IMG/VR virus record: IMGVR_UViG_3300032335_000836
Span: 1-33,178 of that record
Length of the DNA: 33,178 nucleotides
Reading direction: 5' to 3' (one strand)
DNA from: a virus
Taxonomy: Duplodnaviria > Caudoviricetes
Shown here piece by piece: positions 7,859 to 15,268 of this stretch (position 1 is the first letter of the stretch; each line of letters opens with the position of its first letter). The notes under the pieces are model-generated. The model worked only from the letters and a program-made list of their open reading frames with translations, was not told where the DNA came from and ran no database searches. The translations under genes were made by a program, and so were the position numbers.

Positions 7859-8230
7859 ATGCCATACGCAAGGACCGACGTCAGGACAGCCCTACACGCC
7901 GCCCGCGAGGCGGGGAAACCTGTCGAGGGACTGATCGCGGGGGATCGAGAGACAGCTCTGCAGCTTGAGCGTTGGGGCTTCCTGCCGGTCAATCAGGACG
8001 CGACCGACAGGCGTGTACAGGATTGGTACATCGCTCAGGGTTTAGCGGTGCGCGAGAGCGACACGCCCGAGCGCACTTCCGACACGCCGCAGGCCACGCC
8101 CGGCGACACGCCCGGCGACACGCGCGGGGTGCCTACGCTCGACGTCCTGGCCGCAGCGGAGTCCGCGCTAGAGACCGCCCGCGTCGCGTTGTCCCTTGCC
8201 CGGTCACTTGCGACAAGCGGGGGGGGGTAA
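7859..8230 (+). CDS. Divergently transcribed hypothetical protein (123 aa), in the position a repressor usually occupies
   Basis: GGGGAGG RBS before ATG 7859. Only plus-strand gene in this region. No clear HTH. Confidence 0.6.
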   Translation: MPYARTDVRTALHAAREAGKPVEGLIAGDRETALQLERWGFLPVNQDATDRRVQDWYIAQGLAVRESDTPERTSDTPQATPGDTPGDTRGVPTLDVLAAAESALETARVALSLARSLATSGGG

Positions 8231-8316
8231 TCCCCCGATGCGTTCTTCTGCCGCCTAAGGCGGCATAGGGAAGCGCCCCCGCTCACCCGGCGGGGAGGTC
8301 CGGGGAGCGGGGGCGC
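8223..8316. terminator. Hairpin cluster between convergent genes
   Basis: GGGGG-TAAT-CCCCC (8223-8236), TGCCGCC-TAA-GGCGGCA (8249-8265), GCGCCCCCGCTC/GAGCGGGGGCGC (8273-8284/8305-8316). Confidence 0.6.
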
Positions 8317-8326
8317 GGTCTAGGGG

Positions 8327-8572
8327 CTATTCCTCGTCGTCATACCAGTCGGGGCCAGGGATGGCGCCCCGCTCTGGGTCGAGCTCGGTATGGACGGCAA
8401 AGCCGAGCGGGTGTCGCTCGGGCTCGACGGTGATCTCGGGCTCGGCCTCGTCCTTGGGCAGGGCGAGGGCGATGGAGGCGGCGTGGCGCATCAGGGAGCG
8501 CACCTGGGCGACGTCCATGTCCACGCCGGACATCGTCACCTCGACGCCGCCGATGGCGATGGTCACCTTCAC
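8327..8572 (-). CDS. Hypothetical protein (81 aa)
   Basis: GTGA overlap at 8572. VKVTIAIGGVEVTM...HPLGF. Confidence 0.6.
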   Translation of the reverse strand: MKVTIAIGGVEVTMSGVDMDVAQVRSLMRHAASIALALPKDEAEPEITVEPERHPLGFAVHTELDPERGAIPGPDWYDDEE

Positions 8573-8856
8573 AGGTCGCCGCCGAGGTCTGCGTCTATCT
8601 GGGCACCGAGCGCGCTGTAGCCAATCGCGTCGCACCAATCATCTGACAGAGTGCGGCCCGTGGTGGCTCGTGCCATCTTGAGCGCGACCATCATCGCCGC
8701 CACCGTGCGCGGTGGGATGGGCTCGGGGAGGTTTAGTAGCGCGCCCCACATCCTGCCGATGCGCTGCGCTTCCACGGTGTAATTGCCGTGGGTGGCGTTA
8801 CGCGGACCGGAGATGAGACGGCCTGCCTCGTCAAGTATCTGTCGCCGTACGTCCAT
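8569..8856 (-). CDS. DUF6378-like (all-alpha dNTP pyrophosphohydrolase-related) protein
   Basis: ILDEAGRLISGPRNATHG...W...VAAMMVALKMAR...DDWCDAIGY. GGGGAGG RBS before ATG 8856. Confidence 0.8.
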   Translation of the reverse strand: MDVRRQILDEAGRLISGPRNATHGNYTVEAQRIGRMWGALLNLPEPIPPRTVAAMMVALKMARATTGRTLSDDWCDAIGYSALGAQIDADLGGDL

Positions 8857-8870
8857 GCTGCCTCCCCGGC

Positions 8871-10070
8871 TTAGACAATCTCCAATGATTCCCACGCGCC
8901 GCCACCGGCGAGAAGCGTGACCATGCCGGGCGGGGCGTCGGTGTGACCTGAGTGGCGCCACCACAGGCTCGCGCCGTCGAGCGCCGGTGTCTGTACCCAG
9001 GTCGTCGGGCCGAGCTGCTGGACGCGGAGGTGGTGGTAGTGCCCGCTGATGATGAGGTCAGCGGTGCCGATGGCGTAGCGGCCTTGAGCTTGCGCAGCGA
9101 GCCATGTGTCCATCTTGCCGCGGGTCTGATGACCGTGGAGGACGCCGAGGGTCGTGCCCGCGACGTCTAGGGTCACGGTCAGCTCGTCATAGGACGGCAT
9201 GATCCACGCGACATTCTCGTAGCCTGCGATGTCAAGGGCGTCGGCCACCGATGCGGCGCCTTCCAGCGCCCAAGAGTCGGTGTAATTGGTTGCCATCTTG
9301 TCGCCGACGCGCTTGGCCTCGTCGTGATTGCCGGGCACTACGGCGACGCGCACTCGGTCAGCCTTGTCGGCGTAGTCGGTGACGATCTCGGCCAAGAGTC
9401 GCCGGTAGATGCGGACCTGGGTAGTGACGTCGCAGTCTAGGCGCGCGAGAAGCCGCGACCCTTGGGACTCGGTGCCTTCTATGCAATCGCCCGCGACGAC
9501 GATGACCACCTCGCCCGCCTTGCCCCGCTTGCGTAAGTCGCGGAAGCGAGCGAGGGCTCGCGCGTGGGCGTCGAGGACGCGGCGCACGGTGCCCGCGGTG
9601 CCGTCGCCGTCGGGCTTGCCGATCTGCATGTCTGCTAGGGCGACGACGTAGATGGGCGCGTCAATCGCGGACGGCGGGGGCTTCTTGGGTGTGCGGATGG
9701 ACGCGAGGAGCTCGTCCACGTTGACGGTGCGGAGCGCGGGCTCCACAGCGAATCGGTAGCGCCAGACGGGTCGTGTGACGGCGTCCTCGCCTTGGGCCTC
9801 GCGCGTCCACGATGCGGGGTCGAATCTTGCCTCGACCAATCTCACGCGATAGGACTCAGGCACGACGAGGCCGAGCGCCTCGACAGCGGCCCGCCACTCA
9901 TCCTCGGTGTCCATCGGTCCCGATGGGGGAGCGGTCACGGTCATCGCGCCACTTGGCTCGTACTTGACGCCCGGCTCCCAGCCGCTCGGGGCGGTGGGAC
10001 GGGTCGCGCGCTGGGGCTCGGTGGCCCCGGGGAGCTCGGCGAGACGCCGCAGCTCGTCGGTGAGACTCAT
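8871..10070 (-). CDS. Calcineurin-like metallophosphoesterase (Mre11-like)
   Basis: ADMQIG, GDCIEG, GNHDE, HGH and GHYHH motifs. Start ATG 10070 (ATGA overlap). Confidence 0.85.
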   Translation of the reverse strand: MSLTDELRRLAELPGATEPQRATRPTAPSGWEPGVKYEPSGAMTVTAPPSGPMDTEDEWRAAVEALGLVVPESYRVRLVEARFDPASWTREAQGEDAVTRPVWRYRFAVEPALRTVNVDELLASIRTPKKPPPSAIDAPIYVVALADMQIGKPDGDGTAGTVRRVLDAHARALARFRDLRKRGKAGEVVIVVAGDCIEGTESQGSRLLARLDCDVTTQVRIYRRLLAEIVTDYADKADRVRVAVVPGNHDEAKRVGDKMATNYTDSWALEGAASVADALDIAGYENVAWIMPSYDELTVTLDVAGTTLGVLHGHQTRGKMDTWLAAQAQGRYAIGTADLIISGHYHHLRVQQLGPTTWVQTPALDGASLWWRHSGHTDAPPGMVTLLAGGGAWESLEIV

Positions 10071-10339
10071 GCGGTCGCCTCTGGTAGGGGACAGGTACAT
10101 CCACCCCCGCGCCGTCGGCGCCGATGGTGGGAGATCATGCCCGCGCTAATGGTGTGGCCGTTGCCGGTCAGCGTGCGCGCGATCTGCGAGGCATAGACGT
10201 CGGTGCGGTCTATGACGTGATGTAGGGCGGCGGCTTCCTCGGCGCTCATACCGTCGAGGATGCGCGCCACCGTGCATCGTGTCCCGCCTGAGTGTCGACG
10301 GGCGGTCTCTAGTTCCTTGAGGTCGTCGAGTAGTGCCAC
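10067..10339 (-). CDS. Small Zn-binding/HTH-like protein
   Basis: RCTV...SQIARTL...HHRR...CTCP. GGGGAGG RBS. Confidence 0.65.
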   Translation of the reverse strand: MALLDDLKELETARRHSGGTRCTVARILDGMSAEEAAALHHVIDRTDVYASQIARTLTGNGHTISAGMISHHRRRRRGGGCTCPLPEATA

Positions 10340-10360
10340 AGTCCCTCCCCGGTCATGGGC

Positions 10361-10909
10361 TTACTTAGTGCGGGTGCCGTCAGGCTTGATTCCGAGCTTG
10401 GCGATGATGCGCTGAACATCGGTCAAGGTCGTCCCGGCCTTGAGCTCCCAATGCATGGGGTCACTCCACGCCGCCTCCCAGCCCTCGCGCTGCGGGGTGC
10501 GAGGGTCGTCGGCGTACTCGGCCCAGCCGCCCCAGTTCACGATCTCGTAGCGCCTACGGATGCGCCACGCCTTGATGTTGCGCTTGGCGGTGCGCCACCA
10601 CCCAGCCGACGATGTGCCGCGGGCGCCCTCGGCGCTGGCATTGAGGTCGACGGCGGTTCCGCTGGCGTGATTACTCCAGGCGCTTGACGTGCGCGCGGGT
10701 CGGTAGTTGTAGCTCCACTCATCCCACGCGCCGGTGTCGAGAGGGGCGATGTCGCGGTGATAGTCCGCGGCTAGCGCGAGGAACAGGGGCAGGACCTCGC
10801 GGCGCATCGTGAGGCTGCGACTCGGACAGCCTGGAATGGGCTTCTTGTCTAGTCGCACGTCGCCCCATGACTCAATCACGGGCCAGCCATTGATAGAGAC
10901 CGCCATCAC
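10361..10909 (-). CDS. Endolysin, M15-family Zn peptidase
   Basis: SINGWP, YNYRP, SNHASGTAVDLN and DPMHWE motifs. Follows the holin. Confidence 0.9.
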   Translation of the reverse strand: MMAVSINGWPVIESWGDVRLDKKPIPGCPSRSLTMRREVLPLFLALAADYHRDIAPLDTGAWDEWSYNYRPARTSSAWSNHASGTAVDLNASAEGARGTSSAGWWRTAKRNIKAWRIRRRYEIVNWGGWAEYADDPRTPQREGWEAAWSDPMHWELKAGTTLTDVQRIIAKLGIKPDGTRTK

Positions 10910-11169
10910 ATGTCCTCGTCGTCGTCGGGAAACACGTCGAAGTGGTCATCGGGGATCGCGCCATGTCCGAAGGCGTAGTCGGCCGGATTCAGATAGCGGA
11001 CGGCCGTGGGCAGCGTGGCCGAAAGTGCGGCCGCAAGCCACAGCTTGAGATCGGAGGCGTCCACGGCGAAGATGTCAGCGCCGTCGGCGATGAACATGGT
11101 CAGGATGATGGCGGCGAAGGTACGCAGCCACGAAGCGACGGGTGAGGTCGCGAGCCACTCTTGGAACAT
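10906..11169 (-). CDS. Holin
   Basis: 87 aa, two TM segments, RYLNPAD..FG motif, directly upstream of the endolysin. Confidence 0.8.
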   Translation of the reverse strand: MFQEWLATSPVASWLRTFAAIILTMFIADGADIFAVDASDLKLWLAAALSATLPTAVRYLNPADYAFGHGAIPDDHFDVFPDDDEDM

Positions 11170-11179
11170 GGGACGCCTC

Positions 11180-11470
11180 CTAGGCGGGGATGCGGTCGAG
11201 GACCGCGACGACGATGGCGATGACGGCCGCGACTCCGGCCAGGGATGGGAACGCCCACACGCGGGCCTGGGTTGCTTGGAGTCGTGTCTCCATCTCGCCG
11301 ACGCGCCGGCTCAGGTCCTCGCGCTGCTCAATGACTCGCAGACGTGCCTCGTGGTCGGCGACCCGGTCGTCCAGGCTGTCGACGGCCGTGGAGATGCGGG
11401 TCACGGTGGCGTCAATACGGCGCAACAGAGAGAACATCTCCTCGGTGCTGACATGCACGCCCTCGGGCAT
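11180..11470 (-). CDS. Lysis-cassette membrane protein (coiled coil plus C-terminal TM)
   Basis: DHEARLRVIE coiled coil, hydrophobic C-terminus, AAGGAG RBS. Confidence 0.7.
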   Translation of the reverse strand: MPEGVHVSTEEMFSLLRRIDATVTRISTAVDSLDDRVADHEARLRVIEQREDLSRRVGEMETRLQATQARVWAFPSLAGVAAVIAIVVAVLDRIPA

Positions 11471-11488
11471 GGGTGGACTCCTTATGGC

Positions 11489-11511
11489 AAAGCCCCCGAC
11501 GGTCGGGGGCT
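11489..11511 (-). terminator. Hairpin/terminator upstream of the lysis cassette
   Basis: AGCCCCCGAC-G-GTCGGGGGCT inverted repeat followed by a short T run on the minus strand. Confidence 0.5.
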
Positions 11512-11607
11512 GGGGTGTGGCGCAGTAATGCAGCGGTTAACGTCGTGTCCGTTTCGGGCGGTCTAGAAATTGGCCGGAAATTGTTTCAAGAAATGTGCCG
11601 TTTCCTG

Positions 11608-11643
11608 TTGACTCCTCTACAGATAGGTGTAGAGTTCTCTACA
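11608..11643 (+). promoter_or_regulatory. SigA-like promoter with overlapping palindromic operator
   Basis: TTGACT (11608-13), 16 bp spacer, TAGAGT (11630-35). CTCTACA-N6-TGTAGAG (11615-34) and a third half-site at 11637-43. Confidence 0.7.
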
Positions 11644-11672
11644 TAGGGACACACCGACAGGGGAGGCACCAA

Positions 11673-11912
11673 ATGAACACCATCGACCAGATCACCATTC
11701 GGCTCACACCGGCAGACGAGGGCAAGATCCGCATCGCAGTCACCCGCGACGGTGAGACGGTCTACACCCGCCTCACCAAGTTCGACACCGGCTTCGTTGG
11801 CCGCGTCGAGCGCTACCTCAAGCAGGCCGACGTGTACCGCCAGACGGCTTACCAGAATGACGGCCTGGACATGGTCGCCACCGGCGCCTACCTCGGGGGG
11901 GTGGCCCGATGA
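11673..11912 (+). CDS. Hypothetical protein (79 aa)
   Basis: GGGGAGG RBS and ATG at 11673. Confidence 0.75.
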   Translation: MNTIDQITIRLTPADEGKIRIAVTRDGETVYTRLTKFDTGFVGRVERYLKQADVYRQTAYQNDGLDMVATGAYLGGVAR

Positions 11913-12085
11913 GCGCCACCGTCAATTGGACCCGCCGCGGGCTGGGCATGACCACCAACGGATGGATGATCGTCCCTGGCCTTTGGTCGGATGGCATCCG
12001 GCACAAGTGGAGCGTGTACGACTCCCAGGACCGTTTCATGGGCCACTTCGACACCGTTGAGGCAGCTACGGCGGCGGCGCGATGA
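11909..12085 (+). CDS. Hypothetical Trp-rich protein (58 aa, MSATVNWTRRGLG...)
   Basis: Not in the ORF track. ATGA overlaps at both ends. Confidence 0.7.
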   Translation: MSATVNWTRRGLGMTTNGWMIVPGLWSDGIRHKWSVYDSQDRFMGHFDTVEAATAAAR

Positions 12086-12270
12086 GCGCCGAGGAGCTGG
12101 GCAAGGTGGCCGACAGGTGGCGCAAGGCCCGCGAGCGTGAGCGGGCCTTAGCCGTCGAGCTCTACGCCGCCATCGTGGCCGCGGTGGACTCAGGGATGTC
12201 TGAGGTCCAGGCCGCCAAGGTGGCCGGCGTGGATCGGATGACCGTCCGACGAGCCCTCGGCAAGCTCTGA
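12082..12270 (+). CDS. Small HTH DNA-binding protein
   Basis: GMSEVQAAKVAGVDRMTVRRALGK helix-turn-helix. Confidence 0.85.
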   Translation: MSAEELGKVADRWRKARERERALAVELYAAIVAAVDSGMSEVQAAKVAGVDRMTVRRALGKL

Positions 12271-12284
12271 CGGTAACTGGCAAG

Positions 12285-12488
12285 TTAGAGACTTTGGGCG
12301 ATCACGCCGTCAGCGATCTCCTCGCAGCCGCAGCAAGCGAGGTCACGGCACCAGTCCACATGGTCGCCGCCTCTTGGCAGGTCGGGCAGGACGTACTTGG
12401 CCCGCTCGTCTGCCCTGACCCTGGCGATGAGCGGACACATGCAGGCGTAGCCGACCTCGTCGCCCTTGCACAGCGGGTCATGCGTCAT
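12285..12488 (-). CDS. Cys-rich hypothetical protein (MTHDPLC...CMCPLIARVRADER)
   Basis: 67-aa ORF, apparently leaderless (6 nt after a -10-like box). Confidence 0.7.
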   Translation of the reverse strand: MTHDPLCKGDEVGYACMCPLIARVRADERAKYVLPDLPRGGDHVDWCRDLACCGCEEIADGVIAQSL

Positions 12489-12536
12489 GCCGTCATCCTC
12501 TCAGACTTACCCGATATTGAGGTTAGGCCAACACAC
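12489..12536 (-). promoter_or_regulatory. Island promoter element B
   Basis: ATATC-GG-N7-TGA-GAGGAT-N6-ATG. Upstream part similar to 13495-13519. Confidence 0.55.
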
Positions 12537-12598
12537 CGAGAGTGGTGGGCCTTGGGCCACAATCGCTCGAAAGCGCGGCCCAATCCCACCGACCCCGG

Positions 12599-12820
12599 TC
12601 AGGCAGGGATCAGCAACGCGAGCGCCTGCAAGCCCTCAGGATGCTTTCCCTCCGGCCAGCGAATCACGCGCGGCCCCAGACACAGGTAGCCGTTGTCCGA
12701 CTCCCAGACGACGCCGGTGGCATCCTCGGTGTGCCCTGACTCGTGAGCGACCCGCAGCCAAACGTGGTCACCGGGCTTCAGCTCGGACACGACCGCGTTG
12801 ATTTCCTCGTAAGTCATCAT
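12599..12820 (-). CDS. Hypothetical beta-rich protein (73 aa)
   Basis: ATG at 12820, 7 nt after a -10-like box. ELKPGDHVWLRV. Confidence 0.65.
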   Translation of the reverse strand: MMTYEEINAVVSELKPGDHVWLRVAHESGHTEDATGVVWESDNGYLCLGPRVIRWPEGKHPEGLQALALLIPA

Positions 12821-12850
12821 GGCTCCAAGGGTGGCACGCGGGTCCGACAC
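12821..12850 (-). promoter_or_regulatory. Island promoter element A
   Basis: GTGTC-GG-N7-TGC-CACCCT-N7-ATG. Confidence 0.55.
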
Positions 12851-12890
12851 TTCTCATAAGCCGAACTCATGCCCCGCCTATGAGAAGTGT
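12847..12890. repeat. Perfect 12-bp inverted repeat with 20-bp spacer
   Basis: ACACTTCTCATA (12847-58) and TATGAGAAGTGT (12879-90). Confidence 0.8.
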
Positions 12891-12904
12891 TCGCAAGTCT
12901 TACG

Positions 12905-13033
12905 TTAGCCGCAGGCGTGCCCATGTGTGGCGCACAGGCCGTAGAGCCGCTGACTGGCTTTGCAGGCATCGCACGGTGGCGTCGCGGCGCAGCATCCGTA
13001 AACCTTGACGACGGTAGTTTCTACACGGGTCAT
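12905..13033 (-). CDS. 42-aa Cys/His-rich peptide
   Basis: MTRVETTVVKVYGCCAATPPCDACKASQRLYGLCATHGHACG. ATGA overlap with the upstream gene. Not in the ORF track. Confidence 0.55.
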   Translation of the reverse strand: MTRVETTVVKVYGCCAATPPCDACKASQRLYGLCATHGHACG

Positions 13034-13197
13034 GCCGTCACCACCGGAGCGGGATGCAGAAACTCGACTCCTACCGCCTCGCCCTGGGCGTCTAGGTCCA
13101 CGTTCACCGGACCCGCCTGCACAGTCCTGACGATGGGCTCATCTGTGAGTGTCAGGTAAGAGGCTCCCGCATTGAGGTCCACCGACCAATGAGTCAT
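13030..13197 (-). CDS. DUF2283-like protein (55 aa)
   Basis: VDLNAGASYLTLTDEPIVRT...VNVDLDAQGEAVGVEFL resembles the DUF2283 pattern. ATGA overlaps at both ends. Not in the ORF track. Confidence 0.7.
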   Translation of the reverse strand: MTHWSVDLNAGASYLTLTDEPIVRTVQAGPVNVDLDAQGEAVGVEFLHPAPVVTA

Positions 13198-13379
13198 GGG
13201 GCCACCACCACAAGCGGCCCCTCAAGTTCCTGCAACTGATCCCATGTACGCCAGCCACTCAACAGCGACGGCGGCTCCGTGCGCCAAATGTTGGGGTCGC
13301 GGTCAGGACTCATGCGGACCCATACCTTGCCGTTGCGGTCAAGGACATGGGCGTTCATGGGCGGTGCTGTTTCTGTCAT
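13194..13379 (-). CDS. Hypothetical protein (61 aa, VLDRNGKVW...W..L...GPL)
   Basis: GGGGAGGA RBS before ATG 13379. Confidence 0.65.
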   Translation of the reverse strand: MTETAPPMNAHVLDRNGKVWVRMSPDRDPNIWRTEPPSLLSGWRTWDQLQELEGPLVVVAP

Positions 13380-13479
13380 CGCAGGTTCCTCCCCTGGAGT
13401 CTGATGGGCAGTTTCGTGGCTCGTGCCCAGGAGCGGCTGCGGCTTCCCCCGCCCAAGGGGGCGGCTTAGTCGCACTCTC

Positions 13480-13519
13480 ATTGTCCCAGCCCTGCCCGAC
13501 ATCGAGGTCGGGCCGACAC
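13480..13519 (-). promoter_or_regulatory. Island promoter element C
   Basis: GTGTCGGCCCGACCTCG-ATGTC-GG-N7-TGG-GACAAT. Confidence 0.55.
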
Positions 13520-13614
13520 GCGGATTCTCACCCCCCCGACTCGCGGATTTCCACCCCCCTAGATCCCCCGGTGTTTGGAACGCAGTTATGGACAGGTGCG
13601 TCTAACCCCTAGGT

Positions 13615-13983
13615 TCAGGACATCTCCACCCATGACAGGGTCGCCTCGTCCCAGATGTACGGGCCTCCCTCGGTCGGCATCGGCGTGGGCGCGTCCCAGA
13701 GGGCCGTGTCAGGGTTGAGCGTCCATGACGGGTACGGCTGCGGTGGGATGAACGCTCCGCCTTGCGCCGCCCACTGAGGGGCATCGCTGAAGGTGTAGCC
13801 GATACCGGCGTAGTTGTAGCGGAAGGGTGTGCCGCCCGCGACATGCACGCCGCCGTGCGTGTTGTAAGAGGTACGAACCGCACCGTAATACTGCTCCCAG
13901 TCCGTACCGTCGTCGTTCTCGTCCTTGCCAGGATGAACAAAGGTCACGACATTTGCTTGATTCAGAACCGCATAATGTGCCAT
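13615..13983 (-). CDS. Fibre-associated protein (MAHYA...RTSYN...FRYNYAGIGY...FIPPQPYPSW)
   Basis: 122 aa with AGGAG RBS, directly after the Gly-rich gene. Confidence 0.7.
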   Translation of the reverse strand: MAHYAVLNQANVVTFVHPGKDENDDGTDWEQYYGAVRTSYNTHGGVHVAGGTPFRYNYAGIGYTFSDAPQWAAQGGAFIPPQPYPSWTLNPDTALWDAPTPMPTEGGPYIWDEATLSWVEMS

Positions 13984-13994
13984 GTAGTCGGCTC

Positions 13995-14891
13995 CTAGGA
14001 GAAGGTAACGGTGTCGGCTAGGCCGGATGCTGTGACGGTGTAGATACGGCGACCACCGGACGTAGTAGATGACTGGGTTATTCCCGCAGTGAAAGTTGCC
14101 GTGTTGGCTTCTGGGATTGAGAAGATGACTACACCCGAACCACCGGGGCGTCCATCGCTCTGAGCCGATCCAACAAAGCCACCACCGCCCCCGCCGCCGG
14201 TGTTGGCGGTTCCTGCTGTCGCAGTCCCGCTGTTACGCCCTCGACCTGACCCGCCGCCACCACTGCCGCCGCTGCCGCCGCTGGACTCACCCGAGCCGCC
14301 GCCGCCGCCTGCCCTAGCAACGGATGTCCCGGTGATGCTGGAGGTAACGCCAGCGCCACCTGCCGCTCCATTGTTTGTTGTTCCGTTGTTACCTACGGCG
14401 CTTGCCCCGCCACCTCCGCCAGAACCGTAGCCACCACCGGCGGTCGTGCCCGTTCCACCTGAGTAGCCTTGATTTGTCGTGCCGGAGCCAGGACCGTTGG
14501 TGCCGTCGTAACCGCCGCCCCCGCTGCCGCCGCCAGCGCCAGATGATCCGTTGCTTGCACCACTTCCACCGCCGGATGCGGTGAATGATGAGAAGGCTGA
14601 ACTGCTGCCACTTGTTGACGCAGCCCCGCCTGCTCCAACACTCACGGTGTACGCAAGCCCTGATTCAGCGGAAAATGCGGCCTCGGCGCTTGCCCCTCCA
14701 CCTGAGTTTTCGCTAGGAACATTGGCACGGTAGCCGCCAGCGCCGCCACCGCCACCAACAAATCCACCGCCACCGCCACCGCCAGCGACGATCACATATC
14801 GAACGTCAATTAGTGATGGAACTCGATTTAGTGGAAACCGCCCCCAGTCCTTGACTTGGGTGCTTACGAGAGAGCGTGATCTGTCGCGCAT
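13995..14891 (-). CDS. Glycine-rich tail/adhesin-like protein
   Basis: YVIVAGGGGGG...GGGGAGGY, ANTGGGGGG and GGSGVVI polyglycine motifs. Confidence 0.75.
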   Translation of the reverse strand: MRDRSRSLVSTQVKDWGRFPLNRVPSLIDVRYVIVAGGGGGGGFVGGGGGAGGYRANVPSENSGGGASAEAAFSAESGLAYTVSVGAGGAASTSGSSSAFSSFTASGGGSGASNGSSGAGGGSGGGGYDGTNGPGSGTTNQGYSGGTGTTAGGGYGSGGGGGASAVGNNGTTNNGAAGGAGVTSSITGTSVARAGGGGGSGESSGGSGGSGGGGSGRGRNSGTATAGTANTGGGGGGGFVGSAQSDGRPGGSGVVIFSIPEANTATFTAGITQSSTTSGGRRIYTVTASGLADTVTFS

Positions 14892-15253
14892 CAGGCGATC
14901 CTGTTGACGTAACCGTGGATGGTGATCACGTTGGCCGTTGCCGCGAATGCGCGGATCGTGTTGGCGGCCGACCCGGTGCCGGTCAGGGTTAGACCGGGGG
15001 CAACGAGGACGAGGCCCGACTGCGCGGGAATGCTGATCTTGATGTCGTCATCGGGAGAGGTCGTGTTGCCCCATTGGATCGTGAGCAGACGGGCCGACGA
15101 GTCGGAGTTGTAGGCGTAGAGCCACACCTCGTCAATCGTGGACGACGACGTGCCGGTCGCGTGGATCGTCGTGCCGCTCGATGCCGTAGCGACGACCTTG
15201 ATACCCCTGCCCTGAGTGGAACCGGACAGGAGGGTTTTAGTAAATGTAGCCAT
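14891..15253 (-). CDS. Fibre-module beta-sandwich-like protein
   Basis: 120 aa between the fibre and Gly-rich genes. AAGGAG RBS. Confidence 0.7.
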   Translation of the reverse strand: MATFTKTLLSGSTQGRGIKVVATASSGTTIHATGTSSSTIDEVWLYAYNSDSSARLLTIQWGNTTSPDDDIKISIPAQSGLVLVAPGLTLTGTGSAANTIRAFAATANVITIHGYVNRIA

Positions 15254-15268
15254 GAGAGTCGTTGCTCC

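Noticed and set aside
13531-13568. G-quadruplex on the minus strand
   Set aside because: Only three long G runs. Weak evidence in a GC-rich genome, and partly explained by the direct repeat.
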